Part shown: in pieces, positions 49,940 through 58,530 of the stretch
Layout of the letters: the number at the start of each line of letters is the position of its first letter
How positions within the stretch are numbered: position 1 is the first letter of the stretch
Assembly: GCA_964632315.1 (NCBI GenBank)
Contig: CAZWEM010000005.1
Span: forward strand, 1-64,000
Length of the DNA stretch: 64,000 nucleotides
DNA from: an uncultured archaeon
Lineage (GTDB): Archaea > Asgardarchaeota > Lokiarchaeia > Sigyniarchaeales > SOKP01
Direction of reading: 5' to 3'
Made by a program: the position numbers and the translations under genes
The notes under the pieces: model-generated
The model's input: the letters and a program-made list of their open reading frames with translations, nothing else
What the model was told of the DNA's origin: nothing
The model's database searches: none

Positions 49940-51157
49940 ACGTGTGATACATATATAGTCATGAGTAAGGCAACCAAAAGTGGAAATGTTATTTTTGGAA
50001 AGAATAGTGATAGATTAGGTTCTGAAGCACAATTAATAACTCATGCTCCAAGGCTACATCATTCTAAAGGAGAGGGTCTTAAGTGTACACACATTACTAT
50101 TCCACAAGTAACTGAAACCTATGAGGTGATTCTTAGCCAGCCTTACTGGATGTGGGGTGCAGAAATGGGGGCAAACGAATATGGTGTAGTCATTGGAAAT
50201 GAGGCAATTGCAACTAAAGAACCACTAAACGATATGGGTCTGTTAGGAATGGATCTATTACGATTAGGCCTCGAAAGAGGAAATACAGCGAAAAAGACGT
50301 TGGAGGTTATAATTAATTTATTAGAAACCCATGGACAAGGGGGGAGTCATAATAAGAAAGGTTTGAATTATCACAATTCATATATTATCGCTGACAATAA
50401 AGAAGCTTGCGTGTTAGAAACTGCTGGTGAGTGGTGGATAGTAGAATTTGTGAAGAATTTCCGATCCATATCAAATAACATCTCTATCAGAGGAAAAGGA
50501 GATATGAGAAGAGAAGGAATTATTGAACACGCGATTGAACAAGATTATTGTAAAGATGATGATGATTTTGATTTCAAGATGATTTTTTCACCATCTCCAT
50601 TACCAGAGAAATTTCCTATCGAAAGCAGAGACGGATGTTCATTGAATCAATTGAGATCCTATAGTGGTGAGATTTCCACCGAGCTGATGATGAAATTCTT
50701 AAGAACTCATGAACCTGCTGGAATATGCATACATCAACGAAATAATCAATCTACGGGATCTCAAGTCTCTGAAATATTTGAAGATCCCTCACTATCGATC
50801 CATTGGTTTACTGGAAGTACCATTCCTTGTTTAAGTATCTTTAAACCATATGTATTCCCAATTAAAAATCAAAAAGTAAATGAAGCTAAAATCTATGAAA
50901 ATATTGAACCCGACTGGTTTTGGAGTCGTCATAGCGAATTCGTAAAAAAATACAAGAAAAAACCTACAGCTGAGAACCCAGAAAGACAAGACTATTATCA
51001 ACGACTCAGATCTGAAGAAAAGATCTTAATTGATGAAATCAATGCAATCAAGTCTAAATTAAGCAAGATTTCCTCTGATGATTATAAGTCAAAAATTGAG
51101 ATTGTTAATCAAAAAGCGTGGAATGCATCAGAGTCCTTAATAAACCTTGAAGAGTGA
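49940..51157 (+). CDS. Secernin / peptidase C69-family Ntn hydrolase
   Basis: (M)CDT...FGKNSDR, PYWMWGAEMGANEYGVVIGNEA, LLGMDLLRLGLER; the catalytic N-terminal Cys codon is at 49943, upstream of the first ATG, so the start is inferred at ACG 49940. Confidence 0.9.
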   Translation, partial: TCDTYIVMSKATKSGNVIFGKNSDRLGSEAQLITHAPRLHHSKGEGLKCTHITIPQVTETYEVILSQPYWMWGAEMGANEYGVVIGNEAIATKEPLNDMGLLGMDLLRLGLERGNTAKKTLEVIINLLETHGQGGSHNKKGLNYHNSYIIADNKEACVLETAGEWWIVEFVKNFRSISNNISIRGKGDMRREGIIEHAIEQDYCKDDDDFDFKMIFSPSPLPEKFPIESRDGCSLNQLRSYSGEISTELMMKFLRTHEPAGICIHQRNNQSTGSQVSEIFEDPSLSIHWFTGSTIPCLSIFKPYVFPIKNQKVNEAKIYENIEPDWFWSRHSEFVKKYKKKPTAENPERQDYYQRLRSEEKILIDEINAIKSKLSKISSDDYKSKIEIVNQKAWNASESLINLEE

Positions 51158-51163
51158 TAACCA

Positions 51164-51778
51164 CTGGGAAATGTCTTCAATATTTTAATCACGGGTTATA
51201 CTCATCAAAGTGTTTCAATGCTTGCAAATATTCTCAGAGACTATGGAATGCAATATCCGTTAATACAAAAATCAGTTGGTACTAACTTTACAAAGAAATT
51301 GAAAGATGAGGATATCATTCAGTCAACGATTCGTTATTATATCGAAAATAAGGTATATAAACTTGATAAAGAATATAAAATAAGTGAGCCTTTATCTCCG
51401 TTGATTCCAAAAAAAAATGCTCATTTAGTTATCGGGTTTGATCCGATTCCTGTCTTAGCAAATTTAGATTTTATTTCCGAAAAATCATTTATTATTTTAA
51501 ATGCTAATCTAAAAGGGAAAAAAAATAATAAATCTGTAGGAGAAATTGTTGATCTGCTTGATCAATTAGCAAGAATTACAATTTCGATGGATTTCAATAA
51601 ATTAGCTAATGAAGTATTTGGTAATTTAAATGCGGTGATTTTCATTCTTTTAGGGCTGATTACAAGGGAATTCAAGGAATTAATTAGAAAAAAGTATCTA
51701 CTAAATCTCTTAAGTTCATTTGAAAATGATTTCAAACAGCCTATTGAAGCTTTTGATCTAGGATATTCTTTAGTTTAA
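51164..51778 (+). CDS. Divergent indolepyruvate/2-oxoacid:ferredoxin oxidoreductase beta(gamma)-subunit-like protein
   Basis: FNILITG..Q, IQSTIRY, SPLIP...AHLVIGFDP, FILLG, AFDLGY; start inferred at CTG 51164. Confidence 0.65.
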   Translation: MGNVFNILITGYTHQSVSMLANILRDYGMQYPLIQKSVGTNFTKKLKDEDIIQSTIRYYIENKVYKLDKEYKISEPLSPLIPKKNAHLVIGFDPIPVLANLDFISEKSFIILNANLKGKKNNKSVGEIVDLLDQLARITISMDFNKLANEVFGNLNAVIFILLGLITREFKELIRKKYLLNLLSSFENDFKQPIEAFDLGYSLV

Positions 51779-51792
51779 TTATAATATGAAAA

Positions 51793-53748
51793 TCATTTAT
51801 TTATGAAAAATACTTTAAATGAGGCTAGTTTCCCTTTTTCAATCTTAATTTCTCTATAAGCTCCCGCTAACTTAGGATTATGATAACCTCCTAATCCCAA
51901 AGCAGGAGTTTGAAGGATGTATGGAGAATTATTTTGGATGGTCCTGAAATCTGTATTAATTTCAGAATAGACATCATAAAATACTGCAGCGGGATTCTCA
52001 ATTTTTCTTAAAACGAACGGTGGAGCGTCTAAAACTTTTGTTTTAGATTTTTCTGGATTTTCTAATCTAAACTCCTTAAATTCATGTGTATGACCTGAAA
52101 AGGTGACAAAGCAGTGATCTTTACAAAAATTAATCAATTTTTCCCAATTGGAGGAGATAGTACCATATTTCAGGTTAAATCGTGAATCGATTCTAGATTT
52201 ATGCTTCGTTAATCCAAGAGATTCTTTAAAATACTTAAAATCTCTTGAAAGGCCTCCTGAGACTTTAGCCAAGATAAAACGATCAAAAATACTAATTTTT
52301 TTTTGAGGATTTATAGGAGGACAATGTAAAAACAAGAAAGTATGTTCATTGTCATTAAAAACATTATTAATTAAATATTCTAAGTAGTGAATTTGCTTGT
52401 TGGTTAATCCAGTAGCAGAAGGATGACCACTGATAAAGTCTCTCAGATTTTTAAACGAATCTGGACCACTATTTAAAAGAACAAAATTATACTTTCCCAA
52501 TTTAAAGGTGTAATTTAATTTGAAATTAAATTCTAATAGATATCCATTTAGTGCTAAAAAATTTCTAGTAATAGATCCAATTGGATTTGCTGCGAGTTTA
52601 TCATTTAGAGCAATTGCCTCGTTTAAATTCAGACCTATTTTTTTATAGAGGTTTCCCCATCGAATATCATAATGATATGGACGAAAATCATGATTTCCCG
52701 GGATTGTATAAATCGGACATAATATTTCCTCCCCTCTAATTATCCCCCTTCTTACTTTTTGATGTTTGTTGAGAAGTATGTCCTTTAAAACTTTCCAATT
52801 TGAATTATTATAGTGAAAGTTTGAAAATTCATTAAAATCTGCTGGTAAATTAGATAATGTAGAATAGTCTATCAAATCGCCCGTTAAAACGATGAAATCT
52901 AATTCATTTCGAAGAACTTTTTTATTCATAATTCGTATGAATTTCCTTAAATTATTGTTCGGGTTAATCAAACGCTTACGAAGGGGTTCCATCCTTTCAG
53001 CTTCAGTTTTAGTATCATCTTGATTAAAAAATTTTAATAGTGATTTCTTAATGAATGAAAAACTATCAAGAGAAAATTTTGCAAAGTCTGCAAATGCTTT
53101 CGTTTTAAATCCAGAAAGCCAATTCTTAATGATTTCATATATATTATCATTTCGATCAGCTACATGAAGATCACTTGCTTGTACAAATGAAAAATTTTCC
53201 CATTTATTTTTAGATACCACTACAGAATGAAAATTTATTCTCTCCTTTTCAATTTTTGATTGATGAACTAGATCAAACATCAGAAAATTGTAATCTTTAA
53301 GATACTTTTTAATCTCTTTATTTACGGAAAATTCTAGGAGAAATTGAAAGCAATTACCCGTGAATATTCCTTTTTTTCTATAATGATCTAATTCTATAAA
53401 TTCATCAAAACTAGGATTGAAGTTCTCTATATGAATAACCTTTACCGCAATTGGATCTCCTCTTACAATATTAGTGTGAATTGGAGGATTCATCATTTTT
53501 GGACTTTTCCAGAACTTGAATCTAAACTTTCTTCTTTCTCTTCGTTGTTTCCATTTGCTTTCAAATAGGGGAATTAATTTAATTGAATCTACAAGCAATT
53601 TATTTAGATTATCTAAATTTTCCAAATGACTACACGCAAGTGAAGTAAATCGGAACTCTTCCTTCTTTCTCTCCGAAAAATTTAGAAGAATTGGGCATCC
53701 TAAATTAGGAGCTAAGAAAAATGCTTCTGAATTAAAATCTTCATCCAC
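51793..53748 (-). CDS. Calcineurin-like metallophosphoesterase
   Basis: SDLH, TGDLID, PGNHD, LHCPP, SGHTH. Confidence 0.88.
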   Translation of the reverse strand: MDEDFNSEAFFLAPNLGCPILLNFSERKKEEFRFTSLACSHLENLDNLNKLLVDSIKLIPLFESKWKQRRERRKFRFKFWKSPKMMNPPIHTNIVRGDPIAVKVIHIENFNPSFDEFIELDHYRKKGIFTGNCFQFLLEFSVNKEIKKYLKDYNFLMFDLVHQSKIEKERINFHSVVVSKNKWENFSFVQASDLHVADRNDNIYEIIKNWLSGFKTKAFADFAKFSLDSFSFIKKSLLKFFNQDDTKTEAERMEPLRKRLINPNNNLRKFIRIMNKKVLRNELDFIVLTGDLIDYSTLSNLPADFNEFSNFHYNNSNWKVLKDILLNKHQKVRRGIIRGEEILCPIYTIPGNHDFRPYHYDIRWGNLYKKIGLNLNEAIALNDKLAANPIGSITRNFLALNGYLLEFNFKLNYTFKLGKYNFVLLNSGPDSFKNLRDFISGHPSATGLTNKQIHYLEYLINNVFNDNEHTFLFLHCPPINPQKKISIFDRFILAKVSGGLSRDFKYFKESLGLTKHKSRIDSRFNLKYGTISSNWEKLINFCKDHCFVTFSGHTHEFKEFRLENPEKSKTKVLDAPPFVLRKIENPAAVFYDVYSEINTDFRTIQNNSPYILQTPALGLGGYHNPKLAGAYREIKIEKGKLASFKVFFINK

Positions 53749-53872
53749 TTTTAATTCTCAAATTAATGATTTGTCTTTAAATTACAATAATTCGACTTTA
53801 CCTAAATTATGAATGGATTGTTATTAAAAAACGTTAGCTTTTAGATTTCTAGCCAGTTTAAATTTCTAGCCA

Positions 53873-53917
53873 CTAGCTAGTGATTACGAAAATAACGTTG
53901 TCGCCTTTATAGATTTT
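53873..53917 (-). pseudogene. Relic duplicate of the Sm gene 3' end
   Basis: KIYKGDNVIFVITS* directly after the Sm stop; GDNVIFV codons differ from the gene copy only at third positions. Confidence 0.6.
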
Positions 53918-53919
53918 TA

Positions 53920-54195
53920 CTATTCTTCATTCGCTAGGTTGACGAAAATCACGTTATCACCACGTACAACGATTGATCCGAGATCTTCGTGTTCCTCTCG
54001 AATGTTGCCATCCTCATCTTGATACTCAAATATCTGACTAGTACCTTCTAAGTATAAATTTAAATGTTCATCAAACCCACTAAGGCGTCCTCTAAAAAGT
54101 CTATTCCTCTTAACCTTTATCAAAATAATTCTATTTATGGAATTTTTCAGATAATCTATTGGTCGTTGAGGTCTATTTTGATTCCTTCTCTCCAT
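53920..54195 (-). CDS. Sm/Lsm-like archaeal protein (SmAP)
   Basis: RPIDYL, Sm1 GRLSGFDEHLNL, Sm2 VVRGDNVIFV. Confidence 0.95.
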   Translation of the reverse strand: MERRNQNRPQRPIDYLKNSINRIILIKVKRNRLFRGRLSGFDEHLNLYLEGTSQIFEYQDEDGNIREEHEDLGSIVVRGDNVIFVNLANEE

Positions 54196-54390
54196 TTTCA
54201 ATACACAAAAACAATGTCAAAAAAATATAATTATAATATTAAGAATTAAAAGTGAGAATTAAAACCTTTTGTTTTATTGGATTTAGGAAGTTATTAAAGA
54301 ATTTTTTTAAAAAACTAGATATTCCTTTAAATTTTTATGTCATACTAACTTTTAAAGCATATCGTTTATTAGTTTTTAAAAAGAAAAGAA

Positions 54391-54514
54391 AGGCCCGTAG
54401 CGAAGCTTGGATATCGCAGCAGCCTCCTATGCATCTAATCTTAGAGAAAGCTGAAGATCGGGGGTTCAATAAAACATAAAACTCTTATTTTTAGAACACA
54501 TCCCCCCGGGCCTG
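54391..54514 (+). tRNA. tRNA-Arg(CCT) with two introns (37/38: 54430-54448; 58/59: 54470-54499)
   Basis: Acceptor AGGCCCG/CGGGCCT+G73, D-stem GCGA/TCGC with A20, anticodon loop CT-CCT-A|A, T-stem GGGGG/CCCCC, spliced T-loop TTCAA|AT; 75-nt mature form, CCA not encoded. Confidence 0.9.
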
Positions 54515-54631
54515 CTATTCTTATATACAAGGTGTATCTATTCTAAAAAATCCAATATGTTCACGCATACATGACGAGAACTTATATTCTTGACTACACA
54601 ACTCTATCATAACAATAGTAAGGTGAAAAAG

Positions 54632-56368
54632 ATGCCAAAAAGAATTTTACGAGTAGATATGACAAATCTTGAAGCAAAATTTGAAGATTTTCCGGAAAAA
54701 TATGCTGCGTTTGGAGGGAGAGCTCTTACTTCGAATGTTGTAGTGGATGAAGTAGAGCCTCTTTGTCATCCATTAGGACCGAACAATAAACTAATATTTG
54801 CCCCTGGATTAGTGACTGGCACAAGAGCTCCTTCTTCGGGAAGGATCTCAGTTGGAGCTAAATCACCCCTCACTGGTGGAATAAAGGAGGCAAATGCAGG
54901 TACACCTTTTCCTCAGAAGTTGGCTAGAATGAGAATAGCTGCTATAATTGTCGAGGGAAAGCATTCTGGTGATGACTGGTATTTATTAAAGATTACAATG
55001 GATGGAGCTGAGTTCATGAAGGCAAATAAATGGGCGAACAAGGGACTTTATGATACCTACAAGGAATTATTTAAAGAATTTGGAAATAAAGTAGCTATTA
55101 GTGGAGTAGGAATTGCTGCTGAAATGTTGGGTGCTGCCACAGGTATTTGTTTTAGTGATCCAGAAGGATTACCTAGTCGTTATGCCGGAAGAGGAGGTCT
55201 TGGAGCAGTAATGGCTTCAAAAGGGTTGAAGTTTATTGTAGTAGATGAAACAGGGGCTCCCGGAGTTGAGATTGCAAATGAGGAAGTCTTTAATCAAGGT
55301 ATTAGGAAGCTAAGAGAAGCTTTGACCACTCACGACGTTACGAAGCCTGGAGGAGCTTTGAACTCCTATGGTACGAGTGTGTTGGTTAATATTATAAACG
55401 AGGCAGGAGGTCTACCCCAGCGTAACTTCTCTTCTGGTCAAGATGATAGATCAGAAAAAGTGTCTGGAGAAGTAAAAGCAGACATGATCAAACAACGAGG
55501 TGGTCAACGTCCTCACTTCTGCAATCCTGGGTGTATAATCCAATGTTCAGAAGTATGGTGCAAGCCAGGGGGGAAAGATCCGGTCGGAGTTCTAGAATAC
55601 GAAAGCGTATGGAGTTTGGGACCCAACTGTGGAATCTATAATTTGGATGACATTGGTGAACTAAACCGCCAATGCAATGATTTAGGTCTTGATACAATTG
55701 AGGCTGGTGGATTTTTAGGTGTTGCAATGGAAGGTGGATTAACTGAATTTGGAAATGCGAAAGGTGCAATGAAACTCATGGATGAAATTCGAAAGAAAAC
55801 GCCAACAGGCCGTATTTTGGCTAATGGTACAGCTTTCGTGGGTCAGGCTTTTGGTGTAACTCGAGTTCCAGTTGTTAAGGGACAAAGTATGCCAGCTTAT
55901 GACCCAAGAGCAATTAAAGGAATTGGTGTGACCTATGCCACAACACCTATGGGGGCAGATCACACCGCGGGATATGCTATTGCTACTGAAATTATGGGTG
56001 TAGGCGGAACAGCCGATCCTAGAGATCCAAATAAAGCGGATCTTTCACGGAACCTACAAATTGCCACCGCAGCTGTTGATTCCACGGGATATTGTTTATT
56101 CATTGCCTTCGCAATTTTAGATATCCCATCAGGTCTTGAGGGAGTCGTTGAAAGCCTAAATGGCATTCTAGGAGCAAATTTAACTGTGGATGATGTACCA
56201 GAATATGGAATATCTGTAATCAAGAAAGAACGAGAATTCAACAAAGCTGCTGGTTTAACTAAGGAACACGATCGCATACCCGAATTCATGAGGATTGAAC
56301 AACTTCCACCAACACAAGAAGTTTTTAATGTATCCGAGGAAGATTTAGATAAAGTATGGGGTTCCTAA
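54632..56368 (+). CDS. aor: Aldehyde:ferredoxin oxidoreductase (tungsten AOR family)
   Basis: KSPLTGGIKEAN, AGRGGLGAVMASKGLK, C.PGCIIQC, EYES, GLDTI, AYDPR, GADH; ATG after AGGTGA. Confidence 0.95.
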   Translation: MPKRILRVDMTNLEAKFEDFPEKYAAFGGRALTSNVVVDEVEPLCHPLGPNNKLIFAPGLVTGTRAPSSGRISVGAKSPLTGGIKEANAGTPFPQKLARMRIAAIIVEGKHSGDDWYLLKITMDGAEFMKANKWANKGLYDTYKELFKEFGNKVAISGVGIAAEMLGAATGICFSDPEGLPSRYAGRGGLGAVMASKGLKFIVVDETGAPGVEIANEEVFNQGIRKLREALTTHDVTKPGGALNSYGTSVLVNIINEAGGLPQRNFSSGQDDRSEKVSGEVKADMIKQRGGQRPHFCNPGCIIQCSEVWCKPGGKDPVGVLEYESVWSLGPNCGIYNLDDIGELNRQCNDLGLDTIEAGGFLGVAMEGGLTEFGNAKGAMKLMDEIRKKTPTGRILANGTAFVGQAFGVTRVPVVKGQSMPAYDPRAIKGIGVTYATTPMGADHTAGYAIATEIMGVGGTADPRDPNKADLSRNLQIATAAVDSTGYCLFIAFAILDIPSGLEGVVESLNGILGANLTVDDVPEYGISVIKKEREFNKAAGLTKEHDRIPEFMRIEQLPPTQEVFNVSEEDLDKVWGS

Positions 56369-56377
56369 TCTAGAAAC

Positions 56378-56665
56378 ATGACTATTCTGGTTAAATTTTT
56401 CGGAGATTTACGATATCAAATTAAGGATCATGAAGCTGAAGGAATGCTTCCTTTAAACATTAAATTAGAGAGTGATGGAATAGAAACTATTTCAGACATC
56501 CTTGAGAGATTTTCAATTGAGAAAGAAACTACAGGACATATATTCGTGAACGCCAGTTATGCTGGATTTAAGAAAAAAGTTAAGGATGGAGATCGTGTTG
56601 GAATTTTTCCAAGATCTAACATGTCTTTGCTCTATAAATGGTATTTTACAAGAGAAGAAGAATAA
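56378..56665 (+). CDS. MoaD/ThiS beta-grasp protein lacking the C-terminal Gly-Gly
   Basis: ILVKFFGDLR, TISDIL, IFVN, VKDGDRVGIFP; directly after aor. Confidence 0.8.
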   Translation: MTILVKFFGDLRYQIKDHEAEGMLPLNIKLESDGIETISDILERFSIEKETTGHIFVNASYAGFKKKVKDGDRVGIFPRSNMSLLYKWYFTREEE

Positions 56666-56726
56666 AAATTTTCAAAATTCTTTTTTTAATTTTTTTTACT
56701 TGTATCACGAGATCTAAGATATTTAA

Positions 56727-57305
56727 TTATTTTTCTGATTGTTCCCACTGGTTTTTATTAATTGAATAAATTAAGGTATCCTTATATTCTCCGTCAATGA
56801 ATATATCTCCTTTTAACGTAGCTTCGAGTTTAAATCCATTTTTTTCTGCACATTTTTTCGATCCCATATTAGGAGTAAATATTGTAGCATAGAGTTTGTT
56901 AAGATTAAGTTCCCCAAAAGCAAAGTTCATGACTAATCGAGTACACTCGGTTCCTAAATTTTGATTCCAATATTCAGATTCTCCAATCATCATACCAATA
57001 TATGCTTTTCGATTATACCAATCAATCGAAAATATTCCCGTGTCCCCTATAGGTTTATTATCATTTTTATGCCAAATTTCGAAATCAACGGATGTTGGAA
57101 CACTCCAATCAACAGGAGGTTCTAATTGTTTCTTGATTTGTTCTTCCGTAGCGGGAATAACACCCCTACCATAAACTCGCACGATAGGATTATTTCTCCA
57201 TTTAGTATATAATTTAGCATGATCCTTCTTTAGGGGTGTGAGAAGTACATTTTCACCCTCAATAAAAGTATAAGGTATATCTATTTTTTCTTCATTTTCT
57301 GTCAT
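56727..57305 (-). CDS. GNAT acetyltransferase, RimJ/RimL family (copy 5 of 5)
   Basis: EYWNQNLGTE, FGELNLNKL, N.GS...EKNGF. Confidence 0.92.
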   Translation of the reverse strand: MTENEEKIDIPYTFIEGENVLLTPLKKDHAKLYTKWRNNPIVRVYGRGVIPATEEQIKKQLEPPVDWSVPTSVDFEIWHKNDNKPIGDTGIFSIDWYNRKAYIGMMIGESEYWNQNLGTECTRLVMNFAFGELNLNKLYATIFTPNMGSKKCAEKNGFKLEATLKGDIFIDGEYKDTLIYSINKNQWEQSEK

Positions 57306-57332
57306 TTAACACCACTTAAACTCTTAAAATGT

Positions 57333-57914
57333 CTACTTTAAATCTTTCGAGAACCAATCTTCTCTCAAAATTCGATATTTTCTTGCATCCACATATCTTC
57401 CATCAACATACATAGATTTTTTTTGTATCCCTTCTAAAATAAATCCGTCTTTTTCTGCGACAGACCAAGAACCTACATTTGGTTCGAAAATACCCGCATA
57501 AATCTTAACGAAATTTAATTCTTTAAATCCATAATTAATTAGAAGATTTGATGCCTCGGTTGCAATTCCCTTATTCCAGTATTTTGGCACCCCAATTGCT
57601 AGAAAAATATTTGCATTTCTATCTATCCATTGTATCCTCCCAAATCCACACGTTCCAATCGGTACGTTGTCTTTTTTATGCCAGATCTCAAAAGTGACCC
57701 AATCGGGAAGGCGATGGTGATCATTTGGTTCATACCATTTCTTTATTTCTTCAGGGGAATGCGGAAGCATGTTACGAGAATACCTTCTGACTTTTGGATC
57801 GTTTATCCATTTAACATATAGATTTAAGTGTTCTAGATTAGTCGGGACTAAATCAACATTCTCACCAATAATAAATGGACAAGGAATTTCTTCTTTCTTA
57901 ACCGGTTCACTCAC
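57333..57914 (-). CDS. GNAT acetyltransferase, RimJ/RimL family (copy 4 of 5)
   Basis: YWNKGIATEA, FKELNFVKI, NVGSWSVAEK. Confidence 0.92.
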   Translation of the reverse strand: MSEPVKKEEIPCPFIIGENVDLVPTNLEHLNLYVKWINDPKVRRYSRNMLPHSPEEIKKWYEPNDHHRLPDWVTFEIWHKKDNVPIGTCGFGRIQWIDRNANIFLAIGVPKYWNKGIATEASNLLINYGFKELNFVKIYAGIFEPNVGSWSVAEKDGFILEGIQKKSMYVDGRYVDARKYRILREDWFSKDLK

Positions 57915-58524
57915 TTATTTTCACCTCATCATTTGATAAGAGAAATTTAAATTGCTTTCTTTTTTGTTGCCATTCATCTTTAAACATGGAATATTGGTAT
58001 TCATCAACGTATTCTCCTCTCACGTAAGCTTGTTTCTTTAAAACAATTTCACGTGTCATTCCAACCTTCTCGGCAACGCGCCAAGATCCAACGTTGACAT
58101 GAAACATTGATCCTGTAATTTTAAAAAAACTCAATTCATTAAATCCATAATCTAAAAACAATGCAACAGCTTCAGTCCCGACATCCTTACCCCAATATTC
58201 TTTTTCTCCTATTACTAATCCTATACCAGCAATGGCATTAGCCCATTGTATATGATTAAACGCTATATACCCGATTAGCTTTTGATCTTTTTTATGCCAT
58301 ATATTTAAAAAGATCTCATTAGGAGGATTCGGTTGTTTCTTTTCAAAGAATTTTTTAAATGCTTCTGGGGAGATTGGAATGAAATTACGGCTTACGTGAC
58401 GGAAAGCGGGGTCATTATCCCATTTAGCATATAAATCGATAAACTTGAGATTTGAAGCAACCAAGGAAATATTTTTTCCCTCAATAAAGGGAGCAATCTC
58501 TTTCTCTTCAATCATCTGAATCAT
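57907..58524 (-). CDS. GNAT acetyltransferase, RimJ/RimL family (copy 3 of 5)
   Basis: EYWGKDVGTEA, NVGSWRVAEKVG. Confidence 0.92.
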   Translation of the reverse strand: MIQMIEEKEIAPFIEGKNISLVASNLKFIDLYAKWDNDPAFRHVSRNFIPISPEAFKKFFEKKQPNPPNEIFLNIWHKKDQKLIGYIAFNHIQWANAIAGIGLVIGEKEYWGKDVGTEAVALFLDYGFNELSFFKITGSMFHVNVGSWRVAEKVGMTREIVLKKQAYVRGEYVDEYQYSMFKDEWQQKRKQFKFLLSNDEVKISE

Positions 58525-58530
58525 CTAATT

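Noticed and set aside
54252-54479. 75-aa ORF in the track
   Set aside because: Overlaps the tRNA-Arg gene and its promoter; no protein features
54391-54514. tRNA as an integration site for a mobile element
   Set aside because: No integrase and no duplicated tRNA end found in the window
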